Notes under the pieces: model-generated
The model's input: the letters and a program-made list of their open reading frames with translations, nothing else
Told to the model about the DNA's origin: nothing
Databases searched by the model: none
NCBI GenBank assembly: GCA_964610975.1
Contig: CAZSYN010000003.1
Location: 195,955 to 259,954 of the forward strand
Direction: 5' to 3'
From: an uncultured Phycisphaeraceae bacterium
GTDB taxonomy: Bacteria; Planctomycetota; Phycisphaerae; WQYP01
Length of the DNA: 64,000 nt
Translations under genes and position numbers: made by a program
Shown: positions 25,923-35,168 of the stretch, one piece after another
How positions within the stretch are numbered: the stretch's first letter is position 1
Layout of the letters: every line of letters begins with the position of its first letter

Positions 25923-28862
25923 ATGAGCGAATCATTATATATTCTTGATGGCCACGCCCAGATTTACCGTGCGTATTATGCGGTCATGGGCCTGACGAGT
26001 CCTTCCGGAGAGCCGACCAATGCCACTTTTGGCTTTGCCAATATGCTCCTGAAGCTCTTTTCGCAATGCAAACCGGACTATGTGGTGATGGCGCTTGACG
26101 CCGGGGCGGAAAAACGTGTCGCAATGGACGCCAACTACAAGGCCCAGCGAAAACCGATGCCCGAAGATATGCCGGCGCAGATTGAACGCATCACACAACT
26201 GGTAGAAATGGCTGGCATTCCTGTACTTAAGTGCGATGGCGAAGAAGCGGATGACGTCATTGCGACTATCGTAAAAAAAACGCGGGCCGATGCGGCACAT
26301 CAGGATGTGGCTATTTATATGTGCAGCAAGGACAAGGATCTTGATCAACTCATTGATGACAAAACGTTTCTGTATGACATCCAGAACGGTGAGAAAATGG
26401 ATGCGGCCGGGCTGATGGCCAAAAAAGGATATCGGCCGGAGCAGGCGCGCGATGTGCTCTCGCTGACCGGCGATACAGTGGATAATATCCCGGGGATTCC
26501 GGGCGTGGGCCCGAAGACGGCCGCCAAATGGGTACAGGAATACGGCAATCTTGATAACCTGATTGCCAATGCGGACAAGATCAAGGGGAAAACCGGCGAA
26601 ACATTCCGCGCCAATCTGCATGTGCTTGCCCAATCGCGCAAGCTCGTTGAGCTGATGTTTGATCTGCCATGCGAAATGGACTGGCAGGCCGCCAAAGCCA
26701 AGCCGGAACTGCTGGCCACGCTTGCGCCGATCTGCCGCGAGCTGGGATTTAATCGCATGCTGCCGCAGCTTGAGCAGTTTGCCAAAACGCATCCGCTTTC
26801 GCCGGATCAACAGGCGGCCATTGCGCCGCCGGCGGCGGAATTGTTCAGCACGCCCAAGAGCGCAAGCTCATCTCAAGAGCCAAAAGCGGAACTTGATACC
26901 CCCGGCGGATTGTTTGGCCAGTCTACGGAAAATGACGCGCCGGCAAATCCTAAAGAAAATGCGGCAGCCAAAGCAATTCAGGAAGCGCCGGCCGAGGCGC
27001 ATGCGCAGATGCCTGCCGCGGAAAGTGAACTTCAGCCTGTCGTGGGCCAATATCAGCTTGTCAATACGCCGGAGACGCTGGCCGCGATGATCGCGGAACT
27101 CAAGGAAGATCTGGCAAAGCCGGATGCGTGGCTGTCGGTTGATACGGAAACGGACGGCCTGGGGGCGATGAGCACGAATCTCTGCGGCATCAGTTTGTGC
27201 GCACGCGAGGGCCGGGCGTTTTATGTGGCGGTCAAAGGCGCGGGAGAATGCGTTGATATCGGCGCAGTGCGAGCGCAACTTGGGCCGATGCTGGCCGATG
27301 ACACAATCAGGAAAATCGGACAGAACTTAAAGTATGACATCAATTCGCTGCGCGTAGCGGGCTTTGCGCTGGGCGGAGTTTATCTTGATACGATGGTGGC
27401 AAGTTATGTGCTCAATGCCGAACGCGCGAGTCATTCAATGGACGCGCTCGCGGCCGAGCTGCTGGGACTCAAGCCGATCCCGATCAGCGATCTCATCGGC
27501 AAAGGCGCCAAGCAGATTTCGTTTGCGGATGTTCCGCTTGAGCGCGCCAGCGCGTACTCGGCGGAAGATGCGGACGTGACGTATCGCCTGGGCCGGGTGC
27601 TGATGGAGCAAATGAGCAGGGCCACGCCGGAGATGCGCGAACTGCTGTTTAATCTTGAGATGCCGCTGGTGCAGGTTCTGGCGGATATGGAGTTTGCGGG
27701 CGTATCGGTTGATGCGGAATTGCTCAAAACGATGAGCGCGGAAATGGCCAAAAAGCTCGTGACGCTGCGCGACCAGATATTGGCGGCGGCCGGTGATCCG
27801 CCGTTTAATATTGAGTCACCCAAGCAGCTTGCGGAAGTGCTTTTTAACAGGCTCAAACTGCCGATCATCAAAAAGACAAAAACCGGAGCAAGCACGGATA
27901 TTGAGGTTCTTGAAGAACTGGCGGATCAACATGCGGTTCCGGCATTGATTGTTGAGTATCGCCAGCTTACCAAGCTGAAAAATACATATCTTGATGCATT
28001 ACAGGAGTATGTCAATCCGCGGACGCATCGCATACATGCCAGTTTTAATCAGACTGTGGCGGCGACCGGGCGGTTATCCTCAAGCGATCCCAACTTGCAG
28101 AACATTCCGATGCGCACCGAGGCCGGCCGGGAAATCCGCCGCGCGTTTGTGCCGGCATCGGCCGATCAAGTACTGATCACGGCGGATTATTCGCAGATTG
28201 AACTGCGCGTGCTGGCGCACTATTGCCAGGATGATGCGCTGCTGGCGGCATTCCGCGAAGATAAAGACGTGCATCGCGTGGTGGCGGCGGAGATTTTTAA
28301 CGTCGCAGAAAAAGATGTGACATCTCAGCAGCGCGGCATCGCCAAAACGGTCAACTTCGGCATCATTTACGGACAAACGGGTTTTGGCCTCAGCCGCGTG
28401 CTGAAGATCCCGCAGAAACAGGCCAATGAATTTATCGCCGCGTATAAAAATCGCTTTGCCAAGATTGAAAAATTCAGTCAGCAATGCATTCGCGAAGCGG
28501 CGACAAAAGGCTACGTGACGACAATCCTCGGCCGGCGCAGAGCCATTCCGGATATCAACTCAAGCAATCCGGCGCGGCGGCAATTCGGCCAGCGCGCGGC
28601 CATGAACAGCGTAATTCAGGGCTCCGCGGCCGACCTGATCAAGCGCGCAATGGTCAATCTGCATGCGGCGCTGGCACAACAACCGGCTCTGTATGCTCAA
28701 TTGCTCATGCAAATTCATGACGAACTTGTTGTTGAGTGCCCGCAGGAGCATGCGGAAACGGCCGCAGCCATCGTCCGCGATAAAATGGTGCACGCGATGA
28801 CACTGCTTGTGCCATTAAAAGTTGGCCTGGCGTGGGGCAAAAATTGGCTTGAGGCGAAGTAA
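25923..28862 (+). CDS. polA: DNA polymerase I
   Basis: The 5'-nuclease N-terminus is MSESLYILDGHAQIYRAYYA. There is a 3'-5' exonuclease-like region, and polymerase motifs DYSQIELRVLAH and QIHDELVVE. The ATG at 25923 is preferred over the track's upstream extension at 25806. Confidence 0.95.
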   Translation: MSESLYILDGHAQIYRAYYAVMGLTSPSGEPTNATFGFANMLLKLFSQCKPDYVVMALDAGAEKRVAMDANYKAQRKPMPEDMPAQIERITQLVEMAGIPVLKCDGEEADDVIATIVKKTRADAAHQDVAIYMCSKDKDLDQLIDDKTFLYDIQNGEKMDAAGLMAKKGYRPEQARDVLSLTGDTVDNIPGIPGVGPKTAAKWVQEYGNLDNLIANADKIKGKTGETFRANLHVLAQSRKLVELMFDLPCEMDWQAAKAKPELLATLAPICRELGFNRMLPQLEQFAKTHPLSPDQQAAIAPPAAELFSTPKSASSSQEPKAELDTPGGLFGQSTENDAPANPKENAAAKAIQEAPAEAHAQMPAAESELQPVVGQYQLVNTPETLAAMIAELKEDLAKPDAWLSVDTETDGLGAMSTNLCGISLCAREGRAFYVAVKGAGECVDIGAVRAQLGPMLADDTIRKIGQNLKYDINSLRVAGFALGGVYLDTMVASYVLNAERASHSMDALAAELLGLKPIPISDLIGKGAKQISFADVPLERASAYSAEDADVTYRLGRVLMEQMSRATPEMRELLFNLEMPLVQVLADMEFAGVSVDAELLKTMSAEMAKKLVTLRDQILAAAGDPPFNIESPKQLAEVLFNRLKLPIIKKTKTGASTDIEVLEELADQHAVPALIVEYRQLTKLKNTYLDALQEYVNPRTHRIHASFNQTVAATGRLSSSDPNLQNIPMRTEAGREIRRAFVPASADQVLITADYSQIELRVLAHYCQDDALLAAFREDKDVHRVVAAEIFNVAEKDVTSQQRGIAKTVNFGIIYGQTGFGLSRVLKIPQKQANEFIAAYKNRFAKIEKFSQQCIREAATKGYVTTILGRRRAIPDINSSNPARRQFGQRAAMNSVIQGSAADLIKRAMVNLHAALAQQPALYAQLLMQIHDELVVECPQEHAETAAAIVRDKMVHAMTLLVPLKVGLAWGKNWLEAK

Positions 28863-28875
28863 AAAAAGGGGGAAG

Positions 28876-29585
28876 ATCACGCGGAGACGCTGAGACGCGG
28901 AGAGGTAAAATCAATAAAAAACAACGTCATTGCGTTTTCTCAAAGATTGATATTGCTCATGACCGGAACAAATCAGTCACACATGATTGATATTATTTTT
29001 CTCCGCGCCTTCGCGGCTCTGCGTGATATCTTTCTCACGCGGAGACGCAGAGACGCGGAGAGGTAAAATCAATAAAAAACAACGTTATTGCTTTTTCTCA
29101 AAGATTGATATTGCTCATGATCGGAACAAATCGGCCAAACATGATTAATATTATTTTTCTCCGCGCCTCCGCGGCTCTGCGTGATATCTTTCTCACGCGG
29201 AGGCGCGGAGACGCAGAGAGATAAAATCAATAAAAAACAACGTTATTGCTTTTTCTCAAAGATTGATATTGCTCATGACCGGAACAAATCAGTCACACAT
29301 GATTGATATTATTTTTCTCCGCGCCTTCGCGGCTCTGCGTGATATCTTTCTCACGCGGAGACGCAGAGACGCGGAGAGGTAAAATCAATAAAAAACAACG
29401 TTATTGCTTTTTCTCAAAGATTGATATTGCTCATGATCGGAACAAATCGGCCAAACATGATTAATATTATTTTTCTCCGCGCCTCCGCGGCTCTGCGTGA
29501 TATCTTTCTCACGCGGAGGCGCGGAGACGCAGAAAGGTAAAATCAATAAAAAAACAACGTTATTGCTTTTTCTCAAAGATTGATT
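28876..29585. repeat. Tandem array of a 158-bp unit, about 4.5 copies, with two alternating variants (316-bp higher-order period)
   Basis: gtaaaatcaataaaaaac recurs at 28904, 29062, 29221 (as ataaaatc), 29379 and 29537, a period of 158. Copies 1 and 3 share gaccggaacaaatcagtcacacatgattgat. Copies 2 and 4 share gatcggaacaaatcggccaaacatgattaat. Each unit ends in a GC-rich inverted repeat built from CTCCGCG/CGCGGAG words. The array fills the whole convergent spacer between polA and the methyltransferase gene. Confidence 0.92.
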
Positions 29586-29596
29586 CCGCGCGCCAA

Positions 29597-30703
29597 TTAT
29601 CTTGTTGCCGGAACTGGTTTTGGCGGCGTGACGGTTGATGCCAACGTAAAAATCTGCATGCCCCCCGCCAATGGCGGTGATTTACTGACAAGCCGATAAC
29701 CGGCCGTGTCAAAATGATGCTGCCATTGATCAACCTTCAGCGGGGCAAGGCCGCTCATACGCGTCAGCAGACTGATTTCCGGATCGCAAAACGCATTGCG
29801 CGGTGCATCCGCGGCCGGCTCAACCAGAATCAATGTTGATTTATAAAAGAATTTGGCAAGGCCCGTCAGCGCCTGGGCCACGCGTTCTTCATCTTCCGCA
29901 GCCAATTCAGAAAACGCATCAATCATCACAATGGCGTCAAAACGTTCCCATAGTTGCTGCGAAATACCGATGCGCTCAAGATGCCGGCGCGGCGAATTAC
30001 AGACTTCCGCCACATTGGCGGCCACGGCCAGGAATCGGCGGTCATAACCTGCCGCGTTGATACGCTCATTGGCCTGGCGCACCAGCATGCCGTCACTGCC
30101 GATGCCCACGCCGACAATGCTGCGCTCCGCATGCGCGGCGTGAAGAATAAAATCGCCGGCGCCGCAGTTAAGGTCAAGCAGATGCGTGACGTGGTTTTCT
30201 TTGAGGATAGCCATGATGGCCGGGTAAAGTTCTTCGCCAAAACGCATGGCGTGCGATGCGGCCAGCACATCGCGGCGCACCGATACGCCCGAACCGGGCT
30301 TTTTTAAGTTGGCAAGCAGATGCTCAAGCGAAACGGTAATCGGCTGATACGCACGCACAAATTCAAGATTGCCAAATTCGTAATCAAGCAGCGCCTGGCC
30401 CTCGGCCGTCAGCGAATAACCTTCTTTTGACCGCGAGAGAAATCCGCGCTGACGCAGATAGTCAAGCAGCGCCGTAAGCACCTCAACGGAAAGTTTTGTC
30501 TGTAAAGCAAAGGTCAGCGGCATGACCGGCTTTTGACGCATGGCGTCAAAAACTTTGGCATGCGCCAATGACCAGACCGCCTGTAGCGTCAGGTATCCGC
30601 TGATCATATGCTCAGCGGCGTGAGCGGCCTGTTTGCGTTTGGCGGACCCGAAAAGGCTCATATCTGGCGAATACCTCGTGACCTGAATGAATGTTGACGT
30701 CAC
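29597..30703 (-). CDS. Class I SAM-dependent methyltransferase with an N-terminal winged-helix-like domain
   Basis: 368 aa. The motif I region is HLLDLNCGAGDFILHAA. The N-terminal LDYLRQRGFLSRSKEGYSLTAEG resembles the dimerisation/wHTH domain of O-methyltransferase-like proteins. The substrate is unknown. Confidence 0.75.
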   Translation of the reverse strand: MTSTFIQVTRYSPDMSLFGSAKRKQAAHAAEHMISGYLTLQAVWSLAHAKVFDAMRQKPVMPLTFALQTKLSVEVLTALLDYLRQRGFLSRSKEGYSLTAEGQALLDYEFGNLEFVRAYQPITVSLEHLLANLKKPGSGVSVRRDVLAASHAMRFGEELYPAIMAILKENHVTHLLDLNCGAGDFILHAAHAERSIVGVGIGSDGMLVRQANERINAAGYDRRFLAVAANVAEVCNSPRRHLERIGISQQLWERFDAIVMIDAFSELAAEDEERVAQALTGLAKFFYKSTLILVEPAADAPRNAFCDPEISLLTRMSGLAPLKVDQWQHHFDTAGYRLVSKSPPLAGGMQIFTLASTVTPPKPVPATR

Positions 30704-30737
30704 GTATCTTACAAAGAAGAGAGCAAATGCGGAACAG

Positions 30738-33102
30738 TTATTTTGCTGGAGCGATCGGCATTAATTGCCCGTCGCGTATGTCATATGCGTAAAAATGATC
30801 ATCGCCGCAAAACGTCATCACGTCAGGTATCGGCGATTTGTCTCCGCTAGCCAGGATAATGGCCGAGGCGGAATCCGGTTTTAGTAAAGACTTCGGCCAA
30901 CTTTGCGGAAATGCATCAGGAATCAGAAGCAGATCCGCCCCGTTCAGGTGAATATTACAGATCAACGCGCCCTGCGCCGGGGTCATGACGGGAACATCCC
31001 GCCGCGGCGGCCATATCACATTAGCCTGTAGCAGAGGCGTAGTCAGCGCATCACCCGCGGCCAGCGGAACCGGCGTTACGCCAAGATGCTCAAGTTGCTC
31101 AAGCCATACGCCAATCTGCCATTTATGATGTCGGGAAAGTTCCGCCTGCTGGCTCAGGTATACATACGGAATGCGGTATCGCCGCGCCAGATAGGCCGCG
31201 CCGCCGGCATGCCGATCATCAGCATGACTCAGCAACAGCGAATCAATATGACGAATACCCTTGCGCCGCAGGAATTGATCAACATGATGCAGAGCAAATC
31301 GTTCCGATCCGGGATTGATCACAACAGTTTGCTGATCATCATGCATGATAACGGAGCGCCCCAGCACCCAGAGTTTTGTCCCTGTTGGTGCAGTCAACAT
31401 ATACCAGGTCATCACGCCAGCCATTGCGGCAAGGATCATCAGCAATGCCGAAGCGCGAGAAAATCGCAATTGCCTGCGTAACATCACCAGGATGATCACC
31501 ACAAAAAATACCACCACAAGCCACAACGGCAGCGGTCTGATCGCCACAGCCGATCCTGGTATGCGCGAAAGCCAAATGATCAGGTCATTCATCATCTGCG
31601 CGCACCACGCGGCCGGCGCAGCCAGAAAACTCATGCCCATCGCGCTGACAATCAGATGGCACAATCCCACAATCAGGCACGCCGAAACAACCGGCATGGC
31701 CACCAATCCTGATACGACAGCAAGCGGATTAACCTGGGCAAAATGATACGCCACCAGCGGCGCGGAAATCAGCGCGCCGGTGATATTGGTGAGCTCTGCC
31801 AGCAGAACCGAAAAACGCACGCGCAGCCACCAGAACGCCGGCCGGGTACCGATAGCGCGTGTAATCATCGCATTGCGCTCATACCACCCTAAAAGCAAAG
31901 CATCATGCAGTCGCGGAGCGATCAAAATCAGCCCGGCAGTCGTAGCAAAAGAAAGCTGTAATCCCGCATCACCAATATCCGCAGGCCGCAACCACAGGCA
32001 GATTATCAGCGCACCAGCAAGAATATTCAGCGCCTGCATCGGGCGCGTAGCGAGAGACGCAAGAGCAAAAAACGTCAGAGCGATGGCCGCGCGAAGAATC
32101 GGCGGGCCTGCCGGCGTGGCCGCCACATAAAGCCACACCACCAGCAGCATCAACAACACGCGGATTTTGGGCCGCTGCGTCACCGGATGCAGTAGCAGCC
32201 AGACAAATCCCGCCACCAGTACGATATGCGAGCCGGAAATGGCCAGCAGATGTGCCACGCCCGCATCCGTAAACGCCTGCGCGATTGACTGCATCGCCGG
32301 TGAGCGATAACCAAGCACCAACGCCTGAAGTGCGTCGCCAGCCTGCGCATCAATCGGAGCAACATCCGCCTGAATTTTGTTTCGCGCAAACTGCCGGAAG
32401 CGCTCAAGCAGATCCGTCATGCGGGGAAGATATTCCTGCTGTGGCAATTTGCGAACCTGAATCGGATAACGCGCCCACACGGAACCGTAAATGCGTGAGG
32501 ATGCCAGGTACTGGCGATAATCAAAAGATCCCGGATATTCCGCTTTTTTTGGCCGCCGCGCATAGCCGATGATTTCCGCACGGTCTCCCAGATTCAGATC
32601 AACCTTTGCCGGCACGCGCAATGTCACAATTCCGCTGGCCGCAACCCATTGATCGCCAAGCTGAATCTGCTCGACTTCCGCCAGACAAAATTGCTGATCC
32701 GGAAGGCGGATCGGGCCCGCAAATTCGACTTTTTGCGGCATGCTTGTTACGCGTAGACGTACCTGCCGCCACGCCGGTTCCTCCGGCAGCCAGTGCGCAA
32801 CATGCTGAGGCTCAACATAATGAGAATAAAGGGTATAAGTTCCGCCGCCAAAGCTGATAATGGCCAGAGCAAGCAGAATTTGAGCGACATAATGAAAAAA
32901 AACGGTATCGCGACAGAATTTCCGTCACGCCATAGGCCAGCAGAAAGCCGCATGTCATCCGGATATAAAAAAGGATATCCCATTGTGCGACATGGCCGGT
33001 AATCAGACCAATAACCCATAAAATCGCGGCCGGCACCAGCGGATTAAGCGCCAGTAATTCCCGGAATCTCAGCGGTATTGTTTCGTCATCAGATGCCAGC
33101 AT
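30738..33102 (-). pseudogene. comEC: ComEC/Rec2 DNA internalisation channel, split by a 1-nt frameshift in a homopolymer
   Basis: The 667-aa ORF (30738..32741) carries the OB-fold/DUF4131-like region, the multi-TM competence domain and a metallo-beta-lactamase domain (LLLSHADDRHAGGAAYL). The N-terminal TM segment lies in ORF 32812..33102. Removing one base from the A8 run at 32895-32902 (T8 on the coding strand) gives a continuous reading: ...RYRFFHYVAQILLALAIISFGGGTYTLYSHYVEPQHVAHWLPEEPAWRQVRLRVTSMPQKVEF... Confidence 0.85.
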
Positions 33103-33146
33103 GATAGCGCATGAGCATCCTGTGGCCGGGGAGGATTGTCAACGAT

Positions 33147-33317
33147 AGAGCCTATCCGAATAACCCAGCGGCGGTCTGCTGGTCTGCCGGCTCATCTGCG
33201 GCGTCCTCAGACCTCGGTATATTGTAGAATATGCCTCGGTCCTGCGTCCTTGCAGATAAACCGGCATCCTGCGCATCCCTTACCACAGGGTTATTCGGAT
33301 AGGCTCTTATTCCGCGG
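33147..33317 (+). repeat. Structured ~171-nt palindromic element, copy 1, in the trpE 5' region
   Basis: The outer inverted repeat is a perfect 20 bp: agagcctatccgaataaccc / gggttattcggataggctct. It shares four conserved blocks with the copy at 34925..35088. Confidence 0.85.
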
Positions 33318-33401
33318 GGTCGCGAATCATGCCGTCTGTTGCTACAATTTATATGATTCGTGACCTTGTTTCCGGGCACTTGTTGGCCCCAGGAGAAAAC
33401 C

Positions 33402-34925
33402 GTGCCGCAGTCAGCCATTCCGTCACTTGATTCCTTTATCTCGCTGGCCGAAACCGGCGCAGCGATTCCCGTTTACCGCACACTGCTGGCGGATCATCTC
33501 ACACCCGTCAGCGCTTATGAGCGCGTCGCGGCCGGCAGCACTCATTCTTTTCTGCTTGAGTCAGTCGTCGGCGGCGAACGTATCGGCCGATACTCCATCA
33601 TCGGCACGCATCCGCGCACCGTTATTCATGCGCGCGGCAACACCGTCACACTGCATTCGGCCGGCGCATCCGCCAAAACGTATCAGTCCGCAGACCCGCT
33701 TAAGGATCTTGAGTCGCTGATGCAAAACAGCAAGGGTGTGCGCGTTCCCGGACTGCCATCTCTCTTTGGCGGCGCGGTGGGTTACGCCGGTTACGACACG
33801 GTGCGCTATCTTGAGCCTGAAAAACTCAACAAATCGCCTCATGACGATCGCGGCCTGCCTGATATGATTTTTGGCCTCTATGACGATCTGGTTATTTTTG
33901 ATCACGTGCAAAAAACCATTCTGGTCGTCGCCACAATGCATGTCACGGCTGATTCCGGCGATAACCGCAAGCTCTATGACGCGGCGCTGAATCGCATTGA
34001 CGCCACGGTCAAAAAACTACAGTCGCCATTGCCGACAAGCCTCAGCGCGATTGACCTCACCAGCGAGGCTCGGCCCAAATATGACTCAAACTTCACAAAA
34101 GCTGATTTTGAAAAAGCCGTTCTCTCCGCCAAAGAATACATTAAAGCCGGCGACATTTTTCAGCTTGTGCTCTCGCAGCGCCTGCGCACACGCACGGCCG
34201 CGCATCCGCTTGATGTATATCGCCGGCTGCGCGTGGTTAATCCGTCGCCATACATGTTTTTTATGGTCGCTCCGGAATGCACGCTTGTTGGCAGTTCGCC
34301 GGAAATCATGTGTCGCGTGGAAAACGGCATCATCACCAACCGTCCGCTTGCCGGTACGCGCCGCCGCGGCGTAACGCCCGAAGAAGACAAGGCGCTTGAG
34401 CAGGAACTGCTGGCCGATCCGAAAGAACGCGCCGAGCATATCATGCTCGTCGATCTTGGCCGCAATGATGTCGGCCGAGTCGCCGAAATCGGCAGCGTCA
34501 AGATCAGTGACGTCATGACCGTTGAGCGCTACAGTCACGTCATGCACATCGTCTCAAATGTCACCGGCAAACTTGAGCATGGCCGTTCCGCTTTTGACGC
34601 CCTGCGCATGGCGTTGCCCGTCGGCACGGTTTCCGGCGCGCCCAAAATCCGCGCCATGCAGATTATTGATGAACTTGAGCCAACTCGCCGCGGCCCTTAC
34701 GCCGGCGCGGTCGGTTACGTCGACTATAACGGTAACATGGACACAGCCATCGCTCTGCGCACCATGGTCATTGTGCCCGATGGCAATGAGTGGGTTGTGT
34801 ATGTTCAGGCCGGCGCCGGGCTCGTTGCCGATTCCGTGCCCGAAAACGAATATCAGGAAACGCTCAACAAAGCTGCGGGCCTGCTTAAGGCTGTGGCGCT
34901 TGCGGATCAGGCCCGCAACGTCTGA
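33402..34925 (+). CDS. trpE: Anthranilate synthase component I
   Basis: LLESVVGGERIGRYSIIG, PSPYMFF, GTRRRG, HIMLVDLGRNDVGRV and AGAGLVADSVPENEYQET are canonical TrpE blocks. The GTG at 33402, preceded by AGGAGA, is preferred. The track start is 33360. Confidence 0.93.
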   Translation: MPQSAIPSLDSFISLAETGAAIPVYRTLLADHLTPVSAYERVAAGSTHSFLLESVVGGERIGRYSIIGTHPRTVIHARGNTVTLHSAGASAKTYQSADPLKDLESLMQNSKGVRVPGLPSLFGGAVGYAGYDTVRYLEPEKLNKSPHDDRGLPDMIFGLYDDLVIFDHVQKTILVVATMHVTADSGDNRKLYDAALNRIDATVKKLQSPLPTSLSAIDLTSEARPKYDSNFTKADFEKAVLSAKEYIKAGDIFQLVLSQRLRTRTAAHPLDVYRRLRVVNPSPYMFFMVAPECTLVGSSPEIMCRVENGIITNRPLAGTRRRGVTPEEDKALEQELLADPKERAEHIMLVDLGRNDVGRVAEIGSVKISDVMTVERYSHVMHIVSNVTGKLEHGRSAFDALRMALPVGTVSGAPKIRAMQIIDELEPTRRGPYAGAVGYVDYNGNMDTAIALRTMVIVPDGNEWVVYVQAGAGLVADSVPENEYQETLNKAAGLLKAVALADQARNV

Positions 34926-35088
34926 GAGCCTCTTTGAGAAGTATCCGGGGCCATCTGCTGGTCTGCCTTTGGGCCTGCGGCGTCCTCGGACACTCGCTGA
35001 TATTAGCTAATATCACTCGGTCCTGCGTCCTTGCAGGCCCAAAGGCATCCTGCGCATCTGCCCGCCGCCTACTTCTCAAACTGGCTCT
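34925..35088 (+). repeat. Structured ~164-nt palindromic element, copy 2, starting at the last base of the trpE stop codon
   Basis: The outer inverted repeat is agagcctctttgagaagta / tacttctcaaactggctct (17/19). The inner stem gcctttgggcctgc / gcaggcccaaaggc is a perfect 14 bp. The conserved blocks are identical to copy 1. Confidence 0.85.
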
Positions 35089-35168
35089 GATATTTTTAGC
35101 GTTATTCGCTCAGCATAACTTGACGATTAGCCATTCCTTGTGCACATTGTGCGCGAGGAATTTTTGTT

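Noticed and set aside
25935-28914. Antisense ORFs within polA: 25935..26810 (291 aa), 26345..26785, 26868..27278, 27431..27895, 28080..28484 and others.
   Set aside because: They are entirely nested antisense in a canonical polA ORF, are R/H/L-rich and carry no motifs. They are shadow ORFs typical of GC-rich coding DNA.
29385-29576. 63-aa ORF inside the tandem array. Similar small ORFs at 49880..50164 and 50958..51422 share a DRSH(I/T)HCAPPH peptide.
   Set aside because: The shared peptide simply reflects nucleotide similarity of the repeat elements. The ORFs run through hairpins and into or out of neighbouring genes and lack RBSs.
28876-29585. The 158-bp tandem array considered as a CRISPR array.
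   Set aside because: The entire unit, including the would-be spacer, is repeated, so there are no unique spacers. The period of 158 bp is far longer than a CRISPR repeat-plus-spacer unit. No cas genes are in the window.
32747-33019. The 90-aa ORF in the third frame over the comEC 5' region.
   Set aside because: The single-base correction in the A8 tract joins the other two frames into a complete ComEC, so this frame is not needed and has no family resemblance.
33147-33317. The element upstream of trpE considered as a classical trp leader-peptide attenuator or T-box.
   Set aside because: I found no short leader ORF with tandem Trp codons and no T-box specifier/antiterminator layout. A near-identical element also lies downstream of trpE, which argues for a repeat family rather than a trp-specific leader. 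A regulatory side effect is not excluded.
33136-33418. ORFs 33136..33363 (+) and 33152..33418 (-). Also 34934..35365 (+) and 34885..35079 (-).
   Set aside because: They coincide with the two palindromic elements flanking trpE. Both strands are open only because of the palindromic repeat structure.
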